Below, one piece after another: positions 29,786-38,236 of a DNA stretch of 64,000 nt; the first letter of the stretch is position 1, and each line of letters starts with the position of its first letter. The DNA lies in UHGV virus genome UHGV-0105148; one strand, given 5' to 3'. A program made the position numbers and the translations under genes. This stretch comes from a virus. The notes under the pieces were generated by a model. That model was not told the origin of the DNA, searched no databases, and was given only the letters and a program-made list of their open reading frames with translations.

Positions 29786-30221
29786 AATTCTTTAACTCTT
29801 TGATAGCTTTATGTATTTTATTTGCATAATCTTTTCCTGCTCCCGGATTATGTAATTTGATTGCCCTATTGATATCTTTATTAGGATTATAATGGCTTTG
29901 AACTATAGCAAACATTTCTAATGATTTTTCAACAGAAAACCGATCATCCAATGTATAGTTTTTTTTGGACAACCGGTTTACTTCTTCCACATATATAGGA
30001 GTGATCTGCAATATTCCACCATCATTATTCTTCCCAATAGCCATTGAATTACCCCCAGATTCTACTTGAATTAGGGCCTTTAAGAAGAAATTCCATTCTC
30101 GCAATTGTAGCTGGGTTTGGTAACTTTCCCAAAAATCAGTTTTACCATTAACTGGATTACCCACTGAATTTACACCAAGTAATAAAGCCAAAGTAAACAT
30201 TAACATAATTAACTTTTTCAT
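29775..30221 (-). CDS. Lytic transglycosylase (SLT family) with signal peptide
   Basis: ALIQVESGGN (catalytic Glu), GILQI, HNPG; hydrophobic N-terminus. Confidence 0.85.
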   Translation of the reverse strand: MKKLIMLMFTLALLLGVNSVGNPVNGKTDFWESYQTQLQLREWNFFLKALIQVESGGNSMAIGKNNDGGILQITPIYVEEVNRLSKKNYTLDDRFSVEKSLEMFAIVQSHYNPNKDINRAIKLHNPGAGKDYANKIHKAIKELKNYES

Positions 30222-30616
30222 GATTCAGAGTTTTGGTTATCAAATATGCCCATTGAAGGCAAAGACTTTATATGTTCTACTATATCCTCATAGTTAACGT
30301 AGTTTCCCATTATTCTATCTGATATAAGTAGTATCAATTCCCTCAATTTATCACAATCTATGAAAAACTGATCTACCTGGTTATCATCTAAAGCTTCCAC
30401 GTCTCTAGTTAATCTACTACAAGCGACTTCAGCTTGTTTAAGAGTATCTATAATTCTATTAAAGCGATATTTAGTATCATGCTTTAAATCCAGGTTTTTA
30501 CTCTTCATCAATTTAATATTCTCTTGCATCAATACATAGAGAACATCACTTAGCTGAAATATGAGTTTAGTAGTTGCCTCTTCTCTTTTAGAGAAATGTA
30601 TACTAGTTGGTACCAT
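30218..30616 (-). CDS. Hypothetical protein
   Basis: 132 aa, helical. Confidence 0.65.
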   Translation of the reverse strand: MVPTSIHFSKREEATTKLIFQLSDVLYVLMQENIKLMKSKNLDLKHDTKYRFNRIIDTLKQAEVACSRLTRDVEALDDNQVDQFFIDCDKLRELILLISDRIMGNYVNYEDIVEHIKSLPSMGIFDNQNSES

Positions 30617-30618
30617 AA

Positions 30619-30984
30619 TTATCTACCTTCTGCTCCATAATAATCTACTAAATCACTGTAATCCAAATCCATCTTTTCTATTAATTCTTCATGGGACATA
30701 CCATTTATCTTTTGAACATCTGATGTTTTTAATTTCCCATTCCATTTTCCAGTGGGTCTATATGTTACAGTACCAGTTTCATAATTTAATGATTTAACTT
30801 CACTAGCTGGTCTGCTATAATCCATATTTTTCCAATGAGAACCTACCTTGGTCTTAGGTTCATCCTCATCCAGGATAAGAATACCACCAATTATTATGGT
30901 AAGTATAATCATAACTTTAGTTACTCTATTTACCACATAATCCATGGCTTCTTTTTTACTTGTACCAAAAATATTATCATCCAT
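30619..30984 (-). CDS. Membrane-anchored hypothetical protein
   Basis: Single TM segment. Confidence 0.65.
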   Translation of the reverse strand: MDDNIFGTSKKEAMDYVVNRVTKVMIILTIIIGGILILDEDEPKTKVGSHWKNMDYSRPASEVKSLNYETGTVTYRPTGKWNGKLKTSDVQKINGMSHEELIEKMDLDYSDLVDYYGAEGR

Positions 30985-31213
30985 TGATTACCCTCCTATA
31001 ATTATATTTATTCTTAATATAAGCATCGAAGTATTTACCAATAGAATTGGTTTCCATAAAACCACTAGCTACAATATGTGGTACTTCTAAATATTCATAA
31101 GTAGCCCCACTTTTAAAAGTAACTACCAATGTCTTATCACTAGTAAAATAAGTAATTTTAAGTATTCGTGTGGAAGTATTACTTTCCATTGACCAATCCT
31201 GTGAGTTTTCCAT
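30977..31213 (-). CDS. KTSC-domain protein
   Basis: TLVVTFKSGATYEYLEVP...SIGKYFDAYIK; the exact start is uncertain. Confidence 0.85.
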   Translation of the reverse strand: MENSQDWSMESNTSTRILKITYFTSDKTLVVTFKSGATYEYLEVPHIVASGFMETNSIGKYFDAYIKNKYNYRRVING

Positions 31214-31649
31214 AAGTTTCTCTGATTTTAAGTTTTCTAACAAAATTTCCCTGTAAATCTTCTTCTATTTCAAAAAGAATATTCCAAAGCTCATTAACTG
31301 ATGGTTGAGAAGCTATCAATAAATCCTCTTCCATCATATAAAGAGTGCTTCTCAAAGTATTAAACCACCTTACATTTTTATAATATATATCTGATAAAAT
31401 ATAAGGTATCTGTTCCCCATTATCTAACCTATCCTTGGATTCAGTAAATATTTGTTCCCACTTATTCCCCATTTTTGGAATATCTCCCAACGTTCCACCT
31501 AATTCTAGAATAGTTTTAGCATATTCCCCGGGATTCTCCCTATTTTCATTTTTAACTTCTCTAATTGCTTGGATATTAATATCCAGAATCAATTTAAGAA
31601 TAGCAACCGAACTTAGGTTAGTTCTTAACAGTGGTTTAATCTCTCCCAT
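31179..31649 (-). CDS. Hypothetical protein
   Basis: 156 aa, downstream of a promoter. Confidence 0.7.
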   Translation of the reverse strand: MGEIKPLLRTNLSSVAILKLILDINIQAIREVKNENRENPGEYAKTILELGGTLGDIPKMGNKWEQIFTESKDRLDNGEQIPYILSDIYYKNVRWFNTLRSTLYMMEEDLLIASQPSVNELWNILFEIEEDLQGNFVRKLKIRETYGKLTGLVNGK

Positions 31650-31668
31650 CTTTTTATTATTTATATTG

Positions 31669-31698
31669 CAAATATATTAAAAATAAATTTAATGCAAC
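31669..31698 (-). promoter_or_regulatory. Bacteroidota-type promoter
   Basis: GTTG-N18-TATATTTG. Confidence 0.6.
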
Positions 31699-31728
31699 AA
31701 GTGTTAAATTACTGGTTAATGCTGTATA

Positions 31729-31760
31729 CAAAAAGACCAGAGACTTAGTATCCCTGGTCT
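31729..31760 (-). terminator. Intrinsic terminator
   Basis: AGACCAG/CTGGTCT stem plus T-run. Confidence 0.65.
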
Positions 31761-31797
31761 AAAGAAAGAGTAATAATAAAACCCCATAAAACCTAAA

Positions 31798-32367
31798 TCA
31801 TACATCTTTACTCTTTCTTTTCTTTACTTTTCTATATATGATAACGGAATTTGGTTTTGTAGGTTTTTTATGTTTTAACTTAGATTCTCTGGCTCTTTTA
31901 GCCATTTCTTTCTTGGCTTTTTCCTTGAGAATCTCTCTTGTTTTTGATAACCTTTCTATAGCTCTTTGAGAAGCAATTTCTGGTCTTACTCCTGCTCTCA
32001 GGATTAACCTCATTTTATTTCTATACCTCTTCTTAAAAAGCTTTGACATAGGTTGACCATCCACATCTGGATAATCATATTGTAAAGGTCTACCATTTAC
32101 CTTGGTTACATTTGGATGAAGGTTTCTTGGTTTTTTTCTAGCTTCATAAGCTCTTTGACCCAACTTAGTTCTCTGAACCATTTTATTGATTATAGGACCA
32201 TGTTCTGGATCGTTCCTATAATCTACTTCTGGGTCCAAATTATGTTCATGAAAGTATCTTATTAATTCTAATCTAGCTCTAGCCTCATCCTGAATTAGTT
32301 CCTCATAATTAGATTCCCAAGGAGAAGGCTTTTTCTTTGTTTTTTCTTTCTTCTTTCTTGGTTCCAT
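31798..32367 (-). CDS. Highly basic protein
   Basis: Lys/Arg-rich; QYDYP...KKRYRNKMR motif. Confidence 0.7.
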   Translation of the reverse strand: MEPRKKKEKTKKKPSPWESNYEELIQDEARARLELIRYFHEHNLDPEVDYRNDPEHGPIINKMVQRTKLGQRAYEARKKPRNLHPNVTKVNGRPLQYDYPDVDGQPMSKLFKKRYRNKMRLILRAGVRPEIASQRAIERLSKTREILKEKAKKEMAKRARESKLKHKKPTKPNSVIIYRKVKKRKSKDV

Positions 32368-32387
32368 ATCTCTGATATTAAAGTATG

Positions 32388-32762
32388 TTATGATAGTTTT
32401 TCTAAACTATCTTTTGTTTTAGTTTCTTGTATCTCTATGATCTTAATATTTTCTTCTTTTAGATAAGATATCAGTTTCAAATGGCTTTTTACATCCTCTA
32501 TACTTACATTAGTATATAATCTTTTCCACTTGATTCCAGAGTTTTCTTCTAAAAATGTAACTGATATTATATTCCCATCTACTAGCTTAGCTATTCGCTT
32601 GAAAGAATGGGTAATTTTTGCTCTCACAAATTGGATATCCTTGCTTAAGGAATTTCTTTTTCCTTTGGAAGTACTTCTATTAAATTGATCTGCAAGGATT
32701 TCTAATCTTTTGAGACAATCCCATATACTTATGGTTATTTGTTTTATTCTGTTTTGCTCCAT
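32388..32762 (-). CDS. Hypothetical protein
   Basis: 124-aa ORF. Confidence 0.65.
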   Translation of the reverse strand: MEQNRIKQITISIWDCLKRLEILADQFNRSTSKGKRNSLSKDIQFVRAKITHSFKRIAKLVDGNIISVTFLEENSGIKWKRLYTNVSIEDVKSHLKLISYLKEENIKIIEIQETKTKDSLEKLS

Positions 32763-32950
32763 GGTGGTCTAGATATTGGTTTATCCCCTAATTCTAACCT
32801 CAATTTTTCTTCCAGTTGGTTTGAGATTTGAATTATATAGTTTGCCATCCCCCTATCTTCTTCCCCTAAATCTTCTTGTTCTAGTAATAAAGAATATATT
32901 TGTATCTGATTACATATTGCAAGATACATAATCTCTTTTTCCCCTTCCAT
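32744..32950 (-). CDS. Hypothetical protein
   Basis: 68-aa ORF. Confidence 0.55.
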   Translation of the reverse strand: MEGEKEIMYLAICNQIQIYSLLLEQEDLGEEDRGMANYIIQISNQLEEKLRLELGDKPISRPPWSKTE

Positions 32951-32970
32951 TTCCCCTCTTATTTAGATAT

Positions 32971-33004
32971 AAAAGAAGGGGACCTCCTATTGGAAATCCC
33001 CTTT
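32971..33004 (-). terminator. Intrinsic terminator
   Basis: AAGGGGA/TCCCCTT stem plus T-rich tail. Confidence 0.6.
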
Positions 33005-33036
33005 GTTGATTTGATTACTATAGAGAGTTTCAGAAC

Positions 33037-33444
33037 TTAGTCTTCATCCTCATCTTCTTCATCATCATCAACATCCGCTTCTTTTACCCCTTTGTTTTTC
33101 TTACCCATACCGGGGGTACCGGCTTTAAGAGCACCATGACCTTTCTTGGATTTAACGGTAAAACCAGCCAGAGTAGTGATAGCCGTAGAAACTACATTAC
33201 CATCCTTATCCTCTGCAACCGTGGTGAGAACTACCCCAAAACCCCGAACTGGCATAGCATAGGTCTTAACTACACCCTTAGTGGTTTCAATTACATCGCA
33301 CTGTTTTGAATTAGTACGCTGACCCTCGGGACGATTTTTGAGAGCTTCCATACGAGCTTTCTTCTTTGCAGCTTTTGCATCCATTTCTTTAGCATCACCT
33401 TTCTTTGCAGGTTCTGCCTTCTTTGCAGCTTTCTTAGTTGCCAT
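33037..33444 (-). CDS. Histone-like basic protein with acidic tail
   Basis: KKAAKK N-terminus and DDDEEDEDED C-terminus. Confidence 0.75.
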   Translation of the reverse strand: MATKKAAKKAEPAKKGDAKEMDAKAAKKKARMEALKNRPEGQRTNSKQCDVIETTKGVVKTYAMPVRGFGVVLTTVAEDKDGNVVSTAITTLAGFTVKSKKGHGALKAGTPGMGKKNKGVKEADVDDDEEDEDED

Positions 33445-33488
33445 AATTGAGTTTGTTATTTATGTTTAATTAAAAAAGTGGGTTCAAT

Positions 33489-33566
33489 AAAAAAAAGATT
33501 CCATTGGGTAAACCTTAAATGTTACCAACATGCCTATGAGAGATACCTAAATTACCCAATGGAATC
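33489..33566 (-). terminator. Long-stem hairpin with 40-nt loop and U-tract
   Basis: GATTCCATTGGGTAA (33497-33511) pairs perfectly with TTACCCAATGGAATC (33552-33566). Confidence 0.65.
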
Positions 33567-33619
33567 CAACCCAAAAACTAACCTTGTACTGAACTTATGA
33601 AGTAATAGATTTAGCTAGT

Positions 33620-34093
33620 TTATTTTTTCTTTTTACCAGCTTTCTTAGATTCCTTCTTCCCTTTGGGTAAAGTAATGCCCAATTCTTTTGCAATGGATTT
33701 CCGGAATTTCTCTACATCTTCTTCTTCGAAATCATCAGGATCAGTATCCAGATCATTATCATCACATACTTCTTCCAATTCTTCGAAGTCCATATTGGCC
33801 AAATCTTCACCAGTAATTTCTACTTCTTCAGCCTCAGTTTCTTCTTCCTCTTCCTCTTCATCTTCTTCTGACTCTTCATCATCGTCATCAGAATCTTCTT
33901 CAGTTTCCTCTTCTTCCTCTTTGGTTTCTTCTTCTGCTTCACCAAAGATTTCTTCTACCTGATCCTTGGTCAGAGTAACGGGAGCCATGGTAACTTCTAC
34001 TGAACCATCGTCATAAGTGATAAAGATAAGACCATTGATTTCCTTACGAGAAACTTCCTGTTTTTTTACTTCTTTTTTAGATTTCTTTGCCAT
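33620..34093 (-). CDS. Highly acidic protein with basic termini
   Basis: Long D/E tract; helical MDFEELEEVCDDNDL domain. Confidence 0.75.
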   Translation of the reverse strand: MAKKSKKEVKKQEVSRKEINGLIFITYDDGSVEVTMAPVTLTKDQVEEIFGEAEEETKEEEEETEEDSDDDDEESEEDEEEEEEETEAEEVEITGEDLANMDFEELEEVCDDNDLDTDPDDFEEEDVEKFRKSIAKELGITLPKGKKESKKAGKKKK

Positions 34094-34126
34094 GATTAAA
34101 ATTGATTAAAAGGTTTAAGTGAAGTA

Positions 34127-34381
34127 TTATAGTGTTACTATCCTTTTTTCGGTATAAAATGGAAAACCCAACTTCTTTGAAATTTCTATTGATTCTTGGT
34201 TTTCTTTTCCTATCTCTATGGATAATCTTAAGAAATCATCTGAAGAGGGTATTTCTACTGGAGTGATAGTAGATTCATTTTTAGGTTTACCAGTAGCTGC
34301 TACATAGAGTTTTTCCTCTATAGCATATTTTTTATTATCATCCCATAAACTATTTTTTCCTTCGGTTTTTCTTATTTCCAT
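34127..34381 (-). CDS. Hypothetical protein
   Basis: ATG start MEIRK at 34381. Confidence 0.55.
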   Translation of the reverse strand: MEIRKTEGKNSLWDDNKKYAIEEKLYVAATGKPKNESTITPVEIPSSDDFLRLSIEIGKENQESIEISKKLGFPFYTEKRIVTL

Positions 34382-34889
34382 TTTCTGGGAGTTTAGTGAA
34401 TTTAACATCTATCTTGGTATACCCTTCTACCCCTATGAAATTGATAACTTCATATATATTTCTGTAACCCTGATTTATAATAGAAATATCTCTTCCAAAG
34501 TGGTCAGGATATATGTATTTCTTACCATTTATTTTTCTATTGGAGATAATATAGTTACATCCACTCTTCTTTTTAAATGAATCCTCTGGAACAAATCCCC
34601 TGAATAGAAATTCTTGTTCTATATAGTTTTCCCTATGTTCATATCTTCTAAAATGGTTTTTATATACCAGGTATTGGGAATATCTTTTATAATGGCGTTT
34701 AGACCAGCTAAGAGACTTTTCTAGAGATTTTTTAGTTACTGCCTTATATTTTAGTGCTAAGCATTTTATACCAATCTCTAGATCACTCTTCATAAAGATA
34801 ATCTTTTCTTTTTTGGAAAGCCTTTTGAACCTTAGAAACCCCAAGTTTCTTTTTGTTGCCAATAGTTGGTATAACTCCTCCTTGTGCAT
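34350..34889 (-). CDS. Hypothetical basic protein
   Basis: 179-aa ORF. Confidence 0.65.
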   Translation of the reverse strand: MHKEELYQLLATKRNLGFLRFKRLSKKEKIIFMKSDLEIGIKCLALKYKAVTKKSLEKSLSWSKRHYKRYSQYLVYKNHFRRYEHRENYIEQEFLFRGFVPEDSFKKKSGCNYIISNRKINGKKYIYPDHFGRDISIINQGYRNIYEVINFIGVEGYTKIDVKFTKLPENGNKKNRRKK

Positions 34890-35397
34890 TTCCTAAAAGT
34901 TTAATCTCTACTTGCTTAACTATTATTTTTTCTCTTTTCTTCTTTCCTACTGCTCCAGTTGATACTACTAATTTATCTGATGCTAACCTTTCTTTCATCC
35001 TGGTTCCTTTATAATATAGATGATCAGTGGAAAAGAAGAGTTTATTTTTTACTGGTCTCCACATCCCATCTATATAAACTGTCTTACCTATACTGAAGTT
35101 TTTTTCTATTGCCTTCTTACCTTTTATAAACCTTATGTGTTTTAAAGCATTTGGCCCATAGAATAGTTTATATAGTTTCTTAGCTTCAGACCTATTATAC
35201 CAACCCTGAAGAGCTAAAGTAGGGATATAGTTTTTATAACACCAGGGATAATATTTGTTGATATAAATTTTATCATCTAACCTCTTTGTGAGTCTATAAG
35301 TGGTTTTAAAATTTGAAGCCCAGTGTTTTCTTTTCTTTTTTTCTATTCTAGCAAAAGTTCTATCTACTTCTTTTTTCGTAAAGCTGCTCGATACCAT
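34783..35397 (-). CDS. Hypothetical basic protein
   Basis: 204-aa ORF. Confidence 0.65.
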   Translation of the reverse strand: MVSSSFTKKEVDRTFARIEKKKRKHWASNFKTTYRLTKRLDDKIYINKYYPWCYKNYIPTLALQGWYNRSEAKKLYKLFYGPNALKHIRFIKGKKAIEKNFSIGKTVYIDGMWRPVKNKLFFSTDHLYYKGTRMKERLASDKLVVSTGAVGKKKREKIIVKQVEIKLLGNAQGGVIPTIGNKKKLGVSKVQKAFQKRKDYLYEE

Positions 35398-35918
35398 TGC
35401 TGAATTGATTTTGGGTTTGCATCTGGGAATTTTTTTATTACTCTTCTAACCACCCTCTCTACCTCAAAACCCTTAAGAGTTAATTCGAAAGCATAGGATT
35501 TCTTAGTTCCTTTCCAAAGACCAAGATCATCTTTTTCTCTCTTTGGTTTCTTAGGTTTTTCCAAACCTTTTACTCTCTTTACCTTTTTTTGATTCTCAAC
35601 CGTTTCTTCACCTATAAAACCTAATCTTAGTTGGTAATTTCTCATGGGATCATCTTTTTCATAACCCCTTTCTTCAAGAATCTTATCAACCCAATCATCA
35701 TACTTATCAATAAGTGAATTGTCTGGTTTATTGGGAGATCTCATAATAAATTGGGTTAACCTATTCCAATCTGCTGCACAAGCATCAGGAAATGGCATAC
35801 CCAATGAAATTGCTCTTCTTTTGCAATCTCTATAAGTCATGTTTTCTAGACCACCTGATAGAAGGTTCATTTTTTCTTTTCCACCAGTAATCTTTGGTCC
35901 TCTCTTTTTCTTTGCCAT
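35364..35918 (-). CDS. Basic protein with probable C-terminal HTH
   Basis: GTKKSYAFEL...KKFPDANPKSIQQWY. Confidence 0.7.
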   Translation of the reverse strand: MAKKKRGPKITGGKEKMNLLSGGLENMTYRDCKRRAISLGMPFPDACAADWNRLTQFIMRSPNKPDNSLIDKYDDWVDKILEERGYEKDDPMRNYQLRLGFIGEETVENQKKVKRVKGLEKPKKPKREKDDLGLWKGTKKSYAFELTLKGFEVERVVRRVIKKFPDANPKSIQQWYRAALRKKK

Positions 35919-35955
35919 AGTATTTTAGTTTTTGGGTTTCTTTTTATTTATATTG

Positions 35956-35987
35956 CAAATATAAGAGGGAATTTTTTAAAATGCAAA
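35956..35987 (-). promoter_or_regulatory. Bacteroidota-type promoter
   Basis: TTTG-N20-TATATTTG. Confidence 0.8.
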
Positions 35988-35994
35988 TAATTTA

Positions 35995-36945
35995 TTAAAA
36001 ATTCTCTTTGTTTTTCTTAGAGTCCTCTGCTATTTGACGGATAGATTTTCTTTTTAGGTGATAGGCCATTTCTAGATTCTCACAAGTAAAATCCATGTTA
36101 TTTATTTCCCTGTAATTTATAGCATTTTGTATGAGTTCTCTGTACCCTTTCCAAAACTTCATAGCTCTAGATATTCCAGCGGTATTTAGAAAGTACTGAG
36201 ATACTAAGAGTCCAAATTCTTCTGCATCAAGTCTATCTTCAAAGATATATATCTTAGTATCAGTGATTTCTTGTACTACATTTTTCTTTCTAACTATGGG
36301 AACTACTGTATAACCATCAGGAAATATGGTTGATATGAATGCACAATAATATCTTTTTTCTGGTTTACCGTGTCTCCAGTATATATCCACCATAGCCCTG
36401 ATCTTAAAGTCAGGGATTCTATTTAAGAAAGACAAGTATACTTTATCTTTCTTTGTACTTCTTCTTTTGAATGGTGTTGGTGCTTGCAAAATTCTTGGAA
36501 GTATTCTATAGTTATTCCACCTATCAAACTCCATTATTAGAGCATACAGATCTTGATCCCATTTATCTTCAGATTTCTTTAACTTACCCATGTATTTTAT
36601 AATCTGATCTCTATTTACTGGTCTCAATAACCAAGAAGAATCCCCAGCATAAAATAGGGATTCTTCTCTAGATAATCGTTTTATCATAGACCCATAGAGA
36701 TAATCTCTAAATACTGAAGCTAATGGTGCTCCTGGTCTTATGAGATCTGGGTGTAATTCAAAGTAATCAGTAAATAATTTGAATAACCTTTCAGCTCTTG
36801 CTTTATATTCTAATAACTTATAATGGGATATTTTTAATATACTACCTGTTTCTCTTGTTGATAATCCCTGAGAAAGGCTCAGGAATAATAATTGCTGTTC
36901 TTGTTCTGTCAAACAATCCCAAGCCTTTTCCTGATTCTCCGTCAT
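35995..36945 (-). CDS. Transcription regulator with N-terminal sigma region-4-like HTH
   Basis: WDCLTEQEQQLLFLSLSQGLSTRETGSILKIS. Confidence 0.65.
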   Translation of the reverse strand: MTENQEKAWDCLTEQEQQLLFLSLSQGLSTRETGSILKISHYKLLEYKARAERLFKLFTDYFELHPDLIRPGAPLASVFRDYLYGSMIKRLSREESLFYAGDSSWLLRPVNRDQIIKYMGKLKKSEDKWDQDLYALIMEFDRWNNYRILPRILQAPTPFKRRSTKKDKVYLSFLNRIPDFKIRAMVDIYWRHGKPEKRYYCAFISTIFPDGYTVVPIVRKKNVVQEITDTKIYIFEDRLDAEEFGLLVSQYFLNTAGISRAMKFWKGYRELIQNAINYREINNMDFTCENLEMAYHLKRKSIRQIAEDSKKNKENF

Positions 36946-36947
36946 GG

Positions 36948-37661
36948 TTAGTATTGATTTGAATTTAGAAACTCTTCCGTTGAACCATCTGGGATTTGGG
37001 ATATATCAGCTCCATTATCCAATGATTCCAGATGGTCCTCATCATAGTCATTGTATATAGAGTATAATACATTATCCATTGGTAACTGAATAGTTATTGA
37101 TCCTTTTCCAGGATATATGGTTACTGTTATAGTTTTGGTAGCCAAATTTAACTCATCTACTATTGCCCCTATTCCTTCAAAAGGATATCCTCTTAGAGTT
37201 ATATAATCCCCAATTTTAAGGCTAGTTATACTTTCTAGAGAGAAAACATTATTCCTCTTGGAAATTGATTTATAATATTTTACTTGTTCTCTAGAAATGG
37301 TTGCAACAATAGAAAAATCATCAAAGTCTTCTGCATTATCTATTCTTGCCCTTTTCTTTTTAGGGAACAGATTCTCTGGTGATTTGAGGAAGTTAAGTAT
37401 ACCAGGTATATCCTTTTTAAGTTTGTTTAAAAAGTTTCTATCAAAAGCTTTATCAGATTTCATCTTTATGAAACCATAGTTAAAAAGTAATGGTACTTCT
37501 TCATAAAAATTCTTTCCAGCTTTAGTTTTCTTAAGTATCTTAACTGTGGGGATAAATGATTTTATTTTTTTATACCCCCTATTCGACAAGTCTTCATTTA
37601 TGTATTTCCAACTCTTTCTATCTATTCTACAGATACAATATATATAGGGAGTATCCTTCAT
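36948..37661 (-). CDS. NusG/UpxY-family transcription elongation factor
   Basis: NGN-like FIPTV...EEVPLLFNYGFIK...IPGILNFL and KOW LKIGDYITLRGYPFEG. Confidence 0.8.
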   Translation of the reverse strand: MKDTPYIYCICRIDRKSWKYINEDLSNRGYKKIKSFIPTVKILKKTKAGKNFYEEVPLLFNYGFIKMKSDKAFDRNFLNKLKKDIPGILNFLKSPENLFPKKKRARIDNAEDFDDFSIVATISREQVKYYKSISKRNNVFSLESITSLKIGDYITLRGYPFEGIGAIVDELNLATKTITVTIYPGKGSITIQLPMDNVLYSIYNDYDEDHLESLDNGADISQIPDGSTEEFLNSNQY

Positions 37662-37662
37662 A

Positions 37663-38208
37663 TTACTTACTTGGTTTTAAGCTTTTTCTAATCTTCTTAT
37701 GAAAGTCTGAATAGCTTATATGTTTTATATCTGATAGCATGAAAATATAGAAAACTTGATTTTTATCCATCTGGATAGCCATCCTTGGCTTTTCAAGTTT
37801 ATCTAATTGATCAAGTATAATTTCTGCTGTTTTCTTATCCACCATAAAAAAGGCTTCATCTTTTGGCATATTATTATACTTCATAATGAGAATTGGAACT
37901 TTATTTGCTCTTCTAGCATCACTACAAGCTTGTTCCCAAAATGATAATATCTTACACGATTTATTACCCAATAATAAATGTTCAAACTTAATTTCTTGGT
38001 AAGACTTACATTCTACACTCAATGAAAATCTTCTAGAATGCTTTGGATCAGAACAAGTAATATCTGAAGTGATATTATCTGTTTTTTTCCATCTTAAACC
38101 ACCAGAAGCAGGAACTCTACTAAACTCATAACCAGTCCAATCCTGAAAGAATTTACATATAGAACGTTCAAATCTTGATCCTTTTTGTTTAGAATTTACT
38201 TTACCCAT
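37663..38208 (-). CDS. Holliday junction resolvase (PD-(D/E)XK)
   Basis: NSKQKGSRFER, RVPASG, SDI, VECK, WEQA. Confidence 0.85.
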   Translation of the reverse strand: MGKVNSKQKGSRFERSICKFFQDWTGYEFSRVPASGGLRWKKTDNITSDITCSDPKHSRRFSLSVECKSYQEIKFEHLLLGNKSCKILSFWEQACSDARRANKVPILIMKYNNMPKDEAFFMVDKKTAEIILDQLDKLEKPRMAIQMDKNQVFYIFMLSDIKHISYSDFHKKIRKSLKPSK

Positions 38209-38236
38209 GATTCTATGAATTTATAACCAATAGTGA

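Noticed and set aside
33663..33962. Ser-rich plus-strand ORF and other antisense ORFs in the track (e.g. 9709, 13213, 26760, 43149, 46129)
   Set aside because: They are shadows of well-supported minus-strand genes.
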